DNA of 64,000 nt from Tubulanus polymorphus (Eukaryota; Animalia; Nemertea): assembly GCF_964204645.1 (NCBI RefSeq), contig NC_134030.1:16678110-16742109 (forward strand), given 5' to 3'. Below, piece after piece: positions 12,101 through 23,399 of this stretch. A program made the position numbers and the translations under genes. The notes under the pieces are model-generated. The model was not told where the DNA came from and did no database searches. It worked only from the letters and a program-made list of their open reading frames with translations. Each line of letters starts with the position of its first letter. Position 1 is the stretch's first letter.

Positions 12101-15100
12101 CTCCAAAGCTTCCTAAAATGCTTTGATTCTACCTATGGATGGACAATTGACACTAGAACGCAATATGCCTAATACAACTTTAGAACAAGATTTTTCAGTT
12201 AATGTGTAAGATTTTTCAGTTAATATGCACCTTTTTAAGGTAGATAAGATCATAACGTTCACTTACCGCAGGTTCCCTCCTTGTTTTCATAAAAAAATGG
12301 TAATTCTTCATCGCTATCATAGTCATGTGGCAGAAAACCTAAATAGATTAGTTTCAATTATTTCAATTATCCATACTGGCATAATTTTTCGGCATTGACC
12401 CTCCCCCTTAGTATCTACGTGTTAATGACACAAGCTATGCTCAACACTTTCAACGACCGAAGGATATTTTTTATGAAATAGGGAGTGTAAAGTAATATGG
12501 ATTGCAATTTATTTTTATATCACAGTTTTTGATGCATTTTAGGACATGTCTTGTCCACAAAGTATGTGCTCCTTGAAAGACAAAAGTTCGTACAATGTGC
12601 TCTAATCCCCACCCACAAAAGAAGGGAAACCACTTTTACATGATTTCACTCTCTGAAGACCGATTGCATTTTGACTTTCTTCTCGCAAGGCATTATCTTG
12701 CAAGTCGATCGTTTTCCTTACACTCACAAAATATGAATGTTTAGGATGAACAAAAACCAGGTTTAAAGGTATAGTACACTTCAAATGTAACGTACTTATT
12801 ATAGCTTGAGATATCGAAGATTCAAGTAATTCCTCGCCATCTGAAAATTCTAAAAGTAGAGAAAAGCCAAAACATCTCAAAAACTATTTGAAGAAAATAT
12901 ATATTTCAATTATCAGTGGGTAAGTAGTGTTAGCTAGTCCAATTTTGGGAATAAAACAAATTCCAAAGATAACTATATTGGCAGCTCATTGATGTTCAAT
13001 CATTCAAATAGCTGATTATTGGAAATGTGCATCTTGTGAATAATAAAGCTATGTAACTATCAGTAACTGCATAAATACGGTAGATATCATCGATACAGCT
13101 ATTAAATTGTGAACAACTATAACTGCTTATGCAAACAAGTGTTATCTTACCAGAACAGGTGGATTCAGAATCATTGTCAACATCACCAGAAGGGCCACAT
13201 GTCAATGCATCATCTTGAAAAATAAATGATATGGTGACAATTATTGCTGCATGTTACAAGTTAAAGAATTATGCAATACGTTAATTTACCAGAGCAGGTA
13301 AATTCAGAAACTTTCTTTATATCATCACATCAATACATTATCTTGAAAATCAAATGACAGATATAATGATACAGCAACCTGACAATTATTGCAACATAAC
13401 ATAAGTAAAGCATGCAATGGTGATATAATGTATTAGATTATAATGTAACATAGAATTGTGATGCATAAAATTGTTCAAATTCTTCATGAACAGGAAAGGT
13501 CTATTTCAACTTGTTTGAAAAGGATATTGGGTTTGGGATAGTGTCCTGATATGGGATTTATATGCTGAATGTAGAATTGTAAGATATGCATAGGTAGTAA
13601 AATCACTTCATCATTAGGCAGTATCCAGATATTGTGGGTTTTATATGCCACCTAACTGAATGTAGAATTGTAGGACATATATGAATAGTAAAATCACTTC
13701 ATCATTAGAGAGTGTCCCAATATGAAGGGTTTTATATGCCACCTAACTGAATGTAGAATTGTAGGACATATATAGACAGTAAAATCACTTCACAATTAGG
13801 TAGTGACCAGATATGATGGGTTATATATACTACTTAACCAAGTACAGAATTGTAGGACATACATAAATAGTAAAATTATTTAATGATTAGATAGTGTCCT
13901 GATGTGAATGGTTTTATATGCCACTTAAGTAAATGGAGAATTGTAGGACATATGGTGAATCTTTTCTCATTAAGGTAGGATAGGTTTTATATGCCCCTTT
14001 ACTAAATATAGAACTTTTAACACATATGAATAGAGAAATAGAGTTTATTTACCAGAAACTGTGAATTCAGAAATTTTCTTTTCACCAGAACACTCACGAA
14101 TCAATGAAATATCTGTAAAATAAAATGACAGATACAATGATACAGCAACCTGTTGACCACTATTACTGCATTATACAAGCTAAAAAGTTACATAATGAGT
14201 AAACTTACCAGAACACGTGAATTCAGAAACTTGTTTTGAATCATCACTGGAACATTTACTCGTCAATACATTATCTAGAAAATCAAATGACGGATACAAT
14301 GATACAGCAACCTGTTGACCACTATTACTGCATTATACAAGCTAAAAAGTTACATAATGAGTAAACTTACCAGAACACGTGAATTCAGAAACTTGTTTTG
14401 AATCATCACTGGAACATTTACTCGTCAATTCATTATCTAGAAAATCTAATGACGGATACAATGATACAGCAACCTGATGACCACTTTTACTGCATTATTC
14501 AAGCTAAAACGTTACATAATGAGTAAACTTACCAGAACACGTGAATTCAGAAACTTGTTTTGAATCATCACTGGAACATTTACTCGTCAATACATTATCT
14601 AGAAAATCAAATGACGGATACAATGATACAGCAACCTGCTGACCACTATTACTGCATTATACAAGCTAAAAAGTTACATAATGAGTAAACTTACCAGAAC
14701 ACGTGAATTCAGAAACTTGTTTTGAATCATCACTGGAACATTTACTCGTCAATACATTATCTAGAAAATCAAATGACGGATACAATGATACAGCAACCTG
14801 TTGACCACTATTACTGCATTATACAAGCTAAAAAGTTACATAATGAGTAAACTTACCAGAACACGTGAATTCAGAAACTTGTTTTGAATCATCACTGGAA
14901 CATTTACTCGTCAATACATTATCTAGAAAATCAAATGACGGATACAATGATACAGCAACCTGCTGACCACTATTACTGCATTATACAAGCTAAAAAGTTA
15001 CATAATGAGTAAACTTACCAGAACACGTGAATTCAGAAACTTGTTTTGAATCATCACTGGAACATTTACTCGTCAATACATTATCTAGAAAATCAAATGA

Positions 15101-18100
15101 CGGATACAATGATACAGCAACCTGCTGACCACTATTACTGCATTATACAAGCTAAAAAGTTACATAATGAGTAAACTTACCAGAACACGTGAATTCAGAA
15201 ACTTGTTTTGAATCATCACTGGAACATTTACTCGTCAATACATTATCTAGAAAATCAAATGACGGATACAATGATACAGCAACCTGTTGACCACTATTAC
15301 TGCATTATACAAGCTAAAACGTTACATAATGAGTAAACTTACCAGAACACGTGAATTCAGAAACTTGTTTTGAATCATCACTGGAACATTTACTCGTCAA
15401 TACATTATCTAGAAAATCAAATGACGGATACAATGATACAGCAACCTGTTGACCACTATTACTGCATTATACAAGCTAAAAAGTTACATAATGAGTAAAC
15501 TTACCAGAACACGTGAATTCAGAAACTTGTTTTGAATCATCACTGGAACATTTACTCGTCAATACATTATCTAGAAAATCAAATGACGGATACAATGATA
15601 CAGCAACCTGTTGACCACTATTACTGCATTATACAAGCTAAAAAGTTACATAATGAGTAAACTTACCAGAACACGTGAATTCAGAAACTTGTTTTGAATC
15701 ATCACTGGAACATTTACTCGTCAATACATTATCTAGAAAATCAAATGACGGATACAATGATACAGCAACCTGTTGACCACTATTACTGCATTATACAAGC
15801 TAAAAATTTACATAATGAGTAAACTTACCAGAACACGTGAATTCAGAAACTTGTTTTGAATCATCACTGGAACATTTACTCGTCAATACATTATCTAGAA
15901 AATCAAATGACAGATACAATGATACAGCAATCTGCTGCCAATTATTACTGCATTATACAAGCTTAAGTTATTTCATGAGTTTACTTACCAGAACAAGAAT
16001 CATGATTTTTTTTTTCACCAGATTTGTGTTGACGAAAAGACTTGGAAGTCAATACATTATCTTGAAAATGAAATTACAGGGTGTTAATACAATACCTAGA
16101 GTAGGTAATTTCCCAAAATATAGGCTTACATGTTGCCAGTAGACCATCTTGAATGTGATCCATGAAAATTACATGGTTTTATATCAACCTCATTTTGAGT
16201 GTGTCAAGAGAAAGTAAAAAATCGACAAAACATGTATGCCTGGTTACTGTCTTTTTTCCAATCCTACCGTTCAATTTGTAGGGAAAGAAATCAAATTACC
16301 TGCCAAGGGTAGAAATAGGAAAATTGCAAGGCGGGTTCAAAAAGTAAATACGAGGCATTTTCGGTTAAAGCAGCCATATCAAATTCGTTAAGGGGGGTCC
16401 CTCCATCTAGGGTTAGATACACTTTTGAATAAATCAACCCTTAAAGATGAAATTTCTGAGATGTTAAATTTATAGGTTTAAGTTATCTCTGTACGAAGGG
16501 CAACTTCAAAGGGAAGGCACGAGTCTAGACCTTCGAGACCACCCGCTTGATACGCCCCTGCATGCATTTCAAAGATCATGTTTACTTCATGAGAATGGAT
16601 TATTTCTAACATAAATAATAACCAATTTCATTGATGTTAAAAATATATTTTTATCAAACGATACATACTTAGACCATCAGGAAATTATAGCACTGTATAG
16701 TATTCACCTTAAAACAAAACATTTATCATGGTGGGTGGCCAATAGGACTGAACCTAAGTTTTTTTACACAAAGAATACATGCTTAACATTGCTCATTATC
16801 TAAAATATGCATTATGAGATAATTCAATGAAACAAAAGGGAACCATAAAAATTGAAAAGCATACAACAGATATATATATATAGAATATATATAAGGTTAG
16901 AATATATATAAGGTTAGGCCTATCACATGCAAAATGATTCAAATTCGTCTATTTCTGCTGTTCTGGTGGACGGCTCAACAAAGTATACCGGTAAATGTAT
17001 AAACTGAGTTTATGGACATACAAATCTTATAGAGAAAAAGAGCAACATTTCTGAGGGGTGGATGCAAGCTGGATTTATATGTGCATAATAAAAGGCATAA
17101 TTCAACTACCCGCCCTTGGTTGTGTTCCAACCTAATGCTTCTAAGCCAATACTGTATCATTCACTTATACAAATTGGGTAATGATAGTTTATGGTCGTTG
17201 GTGTATCAAAATGAATCATCTACCATCATAGGGCATACCTATAAGAAGCAAGTTGCATCTAACATAACCTATCTTATCTTCAAAGTCCAATGATATTTAT
17301 TAACCGCAGAATTAACACATATTCCTGATAGACACCCTCAATTCAGATTCATGCACAGTTATCACACACAGTACATGAAGAAAATCTCATGGCGCAAATG
17401 TAGCCTGTATACAGCAAGTTTTTATGTAAGCCATGAAATGCAAGGCAAATCTGAAATTTACATTTGAATATGATAGACTCATTTTGCTTTTATTCTCCAT
17501 GCTTAAACCAAATTCCATCTACATAGGCCTAATGACAATCGCAAGCTTCAGCATGCTGGGTGTACTTTGCAAGTTTGACTCAATCTAGAAAATTTTAATC
17601 CCAACAGGTTAACAAGCTTACCTGAGGCATTAAGTTCTTTTTTGTTAGAAGCCTATTTATATGTTGAATACAAAAATAATTTTCCAGAATGGCATAATGG
17701 AAGCAGTGAAGAAATCAGCAAATAAGCAAATGTAGCTCATTCATGCAGCACAGAAATACAATATGGTACCCAAATGCATCAGTAGAAACAAAGATACTAC
17801 ACGGCGTATCTATAGTACAATGATTAGTTGTAGAGGAACTTTTATCGTGATTAAGAAATTGATCAGTCGATGTTCTTAGGATCAGTACATACACACAGAG
17901 TAGGGTGAGGGGGTTTGAAAATTTGTATTAAAATGTCTATGGTTGTGTATGGGAGGGGGTTTGCATTTATAAACTGCTGTATGCACCATACTCCATGTAG
18001 TATGATCATTGATGTTGGACCATCGTAACTCATAACCAAAGTTTAATTTTTTCAACACCAGCATAAATCATTTACTGATAATTCATTAATAAAGACAAGC

Positions 18101-21100
18101 GTTACGAATCATAAACTGCTTTCTTCTCGGGACCCGCTGTCAAGGATAATTGGAGATATTGAGGTTATGTTCACGATACTTTTTTTTCAATTGACAACTT
18201 CAGTCGTCATTCTGATAAAAATTACAAGCTTTGAACTTAGGGCTAATTCTTTGATGCACAAATGCTTGCATTAGAGGTTGTTACTATAAGGCACTAAAGC
18301 GTATACAAAAAGTATGGATGTATGGTGAAGGGGAGGGTAAGGTTCTAACTGAATGAGAGCTTCGCTGCAACAAAATTGGATGAAAATAAATCATCATAAT
18401 TTACCTGTCTCCACCAATAATCAGTCACCCCGTAATCATACCGCAATTCTGTTTTGGGGGGTATGTCCTTAATAGCAAAAAATGCAATATGGGGCCTTCC
18501 TTCAGATATGACGGTTTTGGCTTTACAGTTTTCTTTGCCACCCCACCCATCATTGATGAGCCGTCCCAAACTACCATCATCAATTGAGGCATCAATGCTG
18601 AAATGGTAAAAGTCATATTTAGAGTATTCAATTAGGCCTAATATACTTTAAGAAGATGGGTGGTATCAAATTATGATACAGGCCTACAGGTAACAGTTAG
18701 GCTTTGAATGACTTATTTTAGTTAAAGTGTAAACTAAGTAGCCTGATGGGCAATATCTGGTTAGAAAATCAATAGACCTACATACCACAAAGAACTGAAC
18801 TTTTTGTCTTGAAATTCAAAGACATATGTATCGTCATCCCCGATTTCCTTCACATCACGGAGTAGCCCACGATATTCCACCAAAAAATCCCCTCTACAAA
18901 CTGCTTTCTTTGTGAATAATCCATATCCTTAATCAGAAAAAAGTATTATCTTTGATTAAAAACCATTCCTTCAGGTCCTACATTAAAACCTAGGGTCCAG
19001 GGACACCATGCCCAGATGAGAAAAGGTTTGAAATGCTCAACCATCTGGAAATGTTAATATTCAACGTCTGGTGAACTACAGAAACCATGACATAAATTTT
19101 GCATTGATTGTTTATTTATGTCTTTACTATGTATTGTGGTAACAAAATATGCCAATGTATTAATAGGTATGATATGGAAATACTCAGTTTCTGCTATTAA
19201 GTCAAGGAAGCTACCGATATAGGTTTTTGAGGATTTCAGACTGAGATTTTTGAGCTATATGGGCACCAAAAAGGTCACAGGACGGACTTCTTGTGTCTGA
19301 TCAACTCAATTGTTTTAATGCTGATGGGCCCCTGGGCATTAAAAATATTATTTGAAAGATCAAGATAATTGAAGCGTCTTAAAAGATTTCCCTTGAAAAC
19401 ATCAAAATCTGTAAAAATGCTGATTTCGGCAAACAGAAATCTGCCATCTTGATTCTGACAGGACCAGTCTTTGGGCTGTAGGTGTTTCAGGGTAATATAT
19501 GTATAAACCAAACATCAATCCATGTGTTTTCTAAACTTCCCAAAATAACTGGATTCTGTCTACGGACTGACACAACAGATATTCTATAAAAAAGTGGATA
19601 TCATACAGATGCAGCAGTAATTTAGTAAACTAGTGGTCCAGGGACACCACGCCCACTTGGGAAGTGGTTAGAAATGCTTAACAAACGGAATATTCAACGC
19701 CCCCTGGTGAACATATTAAGAAAGCAATGACCTTACAACTCACCACAATCAATGATGGAACATGTCATGAGCTACAATTTTGTAATTGATTGTGGTTACA
19801 AAATATCCTTAGAGACCAATACAATATGAAAATACTAATATGATATAATAAAAGTTATTTAGCTCTTCAATGCCCCTGGTGGCCTAGGGCCGATTCTTTT
19901 ATGCAGTACGGATAATCCGGACGCTCCATTTCCATTCTTTTATTGATCAGGTGACTATTTCTGGAGAGTTCGGAGAGTCCATTCTCTCCAATCTGTCGAC
20001 CGGTGTGATTGCGGAGAGACCACGTGACAAAATGGCGACGCATGAATTTTGCCTCCTAAAACTCAGAAAAGTTACGGAAGCCGCCATTTTGATTCTCAAC
20101 AACTATTCCATTATGCACAAATCAGGATATTCAATCCGGAGAATACGGACTGCATAAAAGAATCGGCCCCATAATCATAGAATATGTCACAAGATACAAT
20201 TTTGCCATTCATTGTGGTTACCATACCAATGACCTTGAAACTCATACAAAATATCAATAGGTACCAATTCTGTAATTCTGTATGTAATTCTATATTCAAC
20301 TCTCCCTGGTGGTGAGAACAAAAACCCGGGTAACCCCAATTCCACGTGAGGAGATGAATACTATGACAGCGATACTATAGGCCTATATCAAATATCAAGA
20401 CTATAAGTCAAAACTTGTCCATAGTTTCCTTCAAAAACCTTTTTCTGAGGACTGATGACACGAAGATGGTCACTGATTGCATCACGCTTGACTGATCAAA
20501 GTATCTGTCTGATAGGCCTGTGTAAGAGCCCTTCTCATAGTATAACCAGATCTCGGAATTCAGGCCAAAAATGATCTTGGGCATAAAAAAGGTCACATGA
20601 TGGCCATGTTAAGTCTGATCTACACAATTTTTCTTATGCTGATGCACCGGGGATACAAACAGATGTGAATGATCAAGATAATTGATCAAAGGGTTTCAAA
20701 ATTTCCCTTAATAACATCAAAAATATGTAAAAAGTGCTGATTTTGCTGAACAACAATGGCAACCAGTCGGCCATCTTGATTCTGATCAGGCCAGTTTTCG
20801 GGCAGAAGATGTATCTAGATACATGTAAAAACTAAAGATCAAGACAATCCATTGAAGCGACTTCAAAACTTCCCAAAAGAACTTGATTCCGTCTATGGAC
20901 AAACGGACGACAGATGAAAAGTGAACGCAATAGTCCACTGGGACTTAAGTCCCAAGTGGGCTAAAGATTATGTTGTCCTCATTATATATCAAAAACACTT
21001 CTCGGCCTATAGGCCTCATTAGGTTTAGGATAGGGTTGGGGTCTAGAAGGTCAGGAGGGTTAGGGTTTGATAGGGTTAAAACATTCCATTTAGGTATAAT

Positions 21101-21212
21101 TTAGCCTACCTATTTCGCTATTGACAACTTTTTTTTCGAATGCCTCTTCTGGATCTTTGCCAAATTTAATAAATTCAAGAGCCACCTGACTTGGTGTCAT
21201 GCGTCTCGGCAT
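6175..21212 (-). CDS. Multi-exon SET / repeat / OTU(vertnin-like) / tyrosine recombinase / Myb-SANT-like protein (~1500 aa)
   Basis: Phase-compatible GT-AG exons: 21212-21110, 18927-18786, 18597-18405, 17652-17622, 16060-15989, eleven 66-nt exons (15894-15829 ... 14274-14209), 14112-14053, 13213-13151, 12840-12796, 12338-12267, 11092-8884, 8796-8659, 7990-7861, 6972-6777, 6665-6528, 6383-6175. No stop codon in the joined frame. Joining of the SET part to the YR part is inferred from splice phases only. Confidence 0.75.
6777..8796 (-). CDS. Tyrosine recombinase catalytic exons
   Basis: IEIRGK (8796-8659); STKLRSFFATTLQ (7990-7861); ADHMGHDVKIHADVY (6972-6777), giving an R...K...xxxR...H...Y set. 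Confidence 0.88.
7240..7600 (-). repeat. Degenerate copies of the 91-bp satellite (inverted relative to the 24-kb array)
   Basis: gtagaattgtgggacatacata...aaatcacttcat...tagtgtc units. Confidence 0.8.
8884..11092 (-). CDS. Large exon: OTU/vertnin-like cysteine protease, acidic/NLS linker, Cys/His clusters, start of the YR domain
   Basis: GDGNCLFNAVS and WNPDHFAPLL (catalytic Cys/His); KKRKKRK; CLYC...HLCSIH, CEFC...H...C; LFNRRRISEV (first YR Arg). Confidence 0.9.
13151..16060 (-). repeat. 162-bp tandem repeat (11 near-identical units, ~14130-15960) plus diverged flanking units; each unit is a 66-nt exon plus a 96-nt intron
   Basis: aaacttacca recurs at 14201+162n up to 15821; minus strand reads ttttctag|ATAATG...GTTCTG|gtaagt. 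Confidence 0.95.
13540..14030 (-). repeat. About five copies of the 91-bp satellite (inverted relative to the 24-kb array)
   Basis: gaatgtagaattgtaggacatata...gtaaaatcacttcatcattag units. Confidence 0.85.
18405..21212 (-). CDS. SET domain exons (KMT5A/PR-Set7-like)
   Basis: GYGLFTKKAVCRGDFLVEYRG...YVFEF...CIDASIDDGSLGRLIND...NCKAK...PHIAFFAIKDIPPKTELRYDYG. Confidence 0.9.
19887..20169. mobile_element. MITE, PIF/Harbinger-like termini
   Basis: TIR GGGCCGATTCTTTTATGCAGT / ACTGCATAAAAGAATCGGCCC; TSD not clean, so the superfamily is tentative. Confidence 0.75.
20400..20966 (+). mobile_element. Non-autonomous Helentron/HINE-like repeat (related fragment at ~19250-19570)
   Basis: Ends with a cggacgacaga tract and hairpin tagtccactgggacttaagtcccaagtgggctaaa; shares gccatcttgattctga...ccagt with 19440. 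Confidence 0.5.
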
Positions 21213-22569
21213 CTCACCTGAAAAATACAACCAAGAATAAGGTGCTATGATAATGGGCAGGCTTATTTGTATCTTTGCCCTATTAACCGAGATATTAATA
21301 CTGCAAATTGGGCAGAACACAAATCCTCACCTTGAAACATAAAAAAAATAAAAAAGAATTAAGCGATTGATTTTTGCAAAAAAAAAACCATTTAGACCAA
21401 CGGCCACGTCACTGCATATCATATCAATAGCAGTAGCACTTGATATAAATTACAAAAATTGGCTGTCAAAAATATACAATAAAGAAAAAATTCATTGTGC
21501 AACACCGGTGCTTAGTTCCAAGCTTCAAGGCCTAAATATGCTAGAATTCTGTATCACTATAGGCCTACTACTAGGGGGCCTAAATAAGTGAAACTAATTA
21601 GTAAGCAGGCATGGCTATAGGCCGGTCCATGTCCTACAATGAACCTGTAACAATGACAGGTTGGTACCGGTATTTGGATTATAATCTAGGCTGATTCAGC
21701 AGGTTAGCTGTAGCCTACTGTGCAGTGGTAAAAGTATCAGCCTGTAGCGCGGAATATCAGTCAGCACATCAGGTTTGGTTTCTATGATGATCGGACTGTT
21801 TTACAAACCACGACAATTCCTATACCGGTAGGTATTTGTAGGCCTATTTGTATATACTCTAGGGCCTCTCTAAGTTCTGGATATTATCAACGTTAGCAGT
21901 AAAAGTACAAATTACAAGCCTATCTGAGATGACTCGGTCAAGACTAGAGATAGGGCCTAATACTACTAGTAAGGTCAGATGTAGTCTAGTACCTAGCCGT
22001 TGTTTTCCAAACAGGTTGTAGGTAGGGAACCGTAACAACAACTGTTGAACAGCAGTTGTTACAGTCTGTTCAGACTAGTACTAGGTCAGATGGTATTCAG
22101 GCCATCAGGGATTAGCTGGGAGGAGGCCTTTATTTTATTAGATAATAGCTTACCACCAACCGATTACTAAATACTAACAAGGACAGGTTACTCACATCCA
22201 ATGTGCTAGTGCTGGTGTACTATAGGCCTATAAGTATAGTTGAATGTGTGTGTAAATGAATTTAGCGTTTTCTGCAATCCTGATTAGAAATGCGGTACAA
22301 TGTATGTCAATATAAGAAATTTTGTAGCCAGAATTTTAATGAAACGGGCGTAAATGTAGTAATGAAAATATTGCACGTCCACCGGTTGTTTACAACGCAG
22401 CAACGACCTTCAACGTAGTCTGAATACCGGTCGTTGTTACCGGTTCCCTAGAACGACGGCTAGGTACTAGACTACCTTCAACGCAGCAACGAACTAACCG
22501 GTAGCCCTAAATACCGAACAAAACCGTTAAATACCGACTTTATGTCACTAATCAATTTTAGATGCGGGC

Positions 22570-23120
22570 ATAAGGCTGATTTATTTTCGTGTGAAATCGA
22601 TCTTTTTGGGATATTTCGCTTAACTTTTTGAACACATACCCTAAATTGGTCTTAACGACCAGTGTACGGTAACTGTGCAGCCTGAATAAATCCTCGTTTT
22701 ATAGCCATTTTAGACTGTATTGAATTATTGCCAAAGGGTTTTCATTTTCTCGTGTCGAAAACAGAAAAGATCAGCCATTTTTTGAAATTCTAAGATGTTT
22801 CTTGTGTTTCCGTGCCTACGAACCATGATTTTCTTTGAATAATTTGCAAACATTTTCAAATGGCAAGGGCCTAGGCATAGAAAAATATTGTTAAAATTGA
22901 TTTACGTAACGGTAGTTCATTAAATGGGGTCTATTTTCTCTAATTGAAATGAGTTAAAGAAGACTTTTTTTTAGTAATCCTCCAATGCAAAACAGTTTAA
23001 AATGGATAAAACGATGATTTACTTACAGTTTCACTGGTCGTATTAAGACCTAATTGAGGTACCCGGTATGTGTTGAAAAGTTTAGTTTATAGGGAACTCA
23101 AAAAATCGATGTCAGACCAA
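22570..23120. repeat. Degenerate inverted repeat (old MITE)
   Basis: aacacatacc...ggtcttaacgaccagtg versus cactggtcgtattaagacc...ggtatgtgtt. Confidence 0.6.
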
Positions 23121-23399
23121 AAAAAAATTAGAATTTAGGAACGGACATGCAGATATGTCAGGCATACACTGCTAGTCTATTCACTTTTGTGTTTCATCAG
23201 TTTTCTCGAGATAATTTGTAACTTTTGTGAGCAAATACTTCAAACTAATGCCATTCAAGCCAGAACTGTGCAGTCGGACATCGTTTTTGTATCCATCTTA
23301 AACACTGTATTGAAGGATTGTTAAAAAGTCTTCTTAAACTTATTTATGACAGAGAAAAGAGACTTCACGAATCGCACCGGTTCTTGAAAGATCATAATT

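Noticed and set aside
14130-15960. CRISPR-like array
   Set aside because: Units are wholly repeated with no unique spacers, there are no cas genes and the context is eukaryotic; explained as an exon-intron tandem repeat
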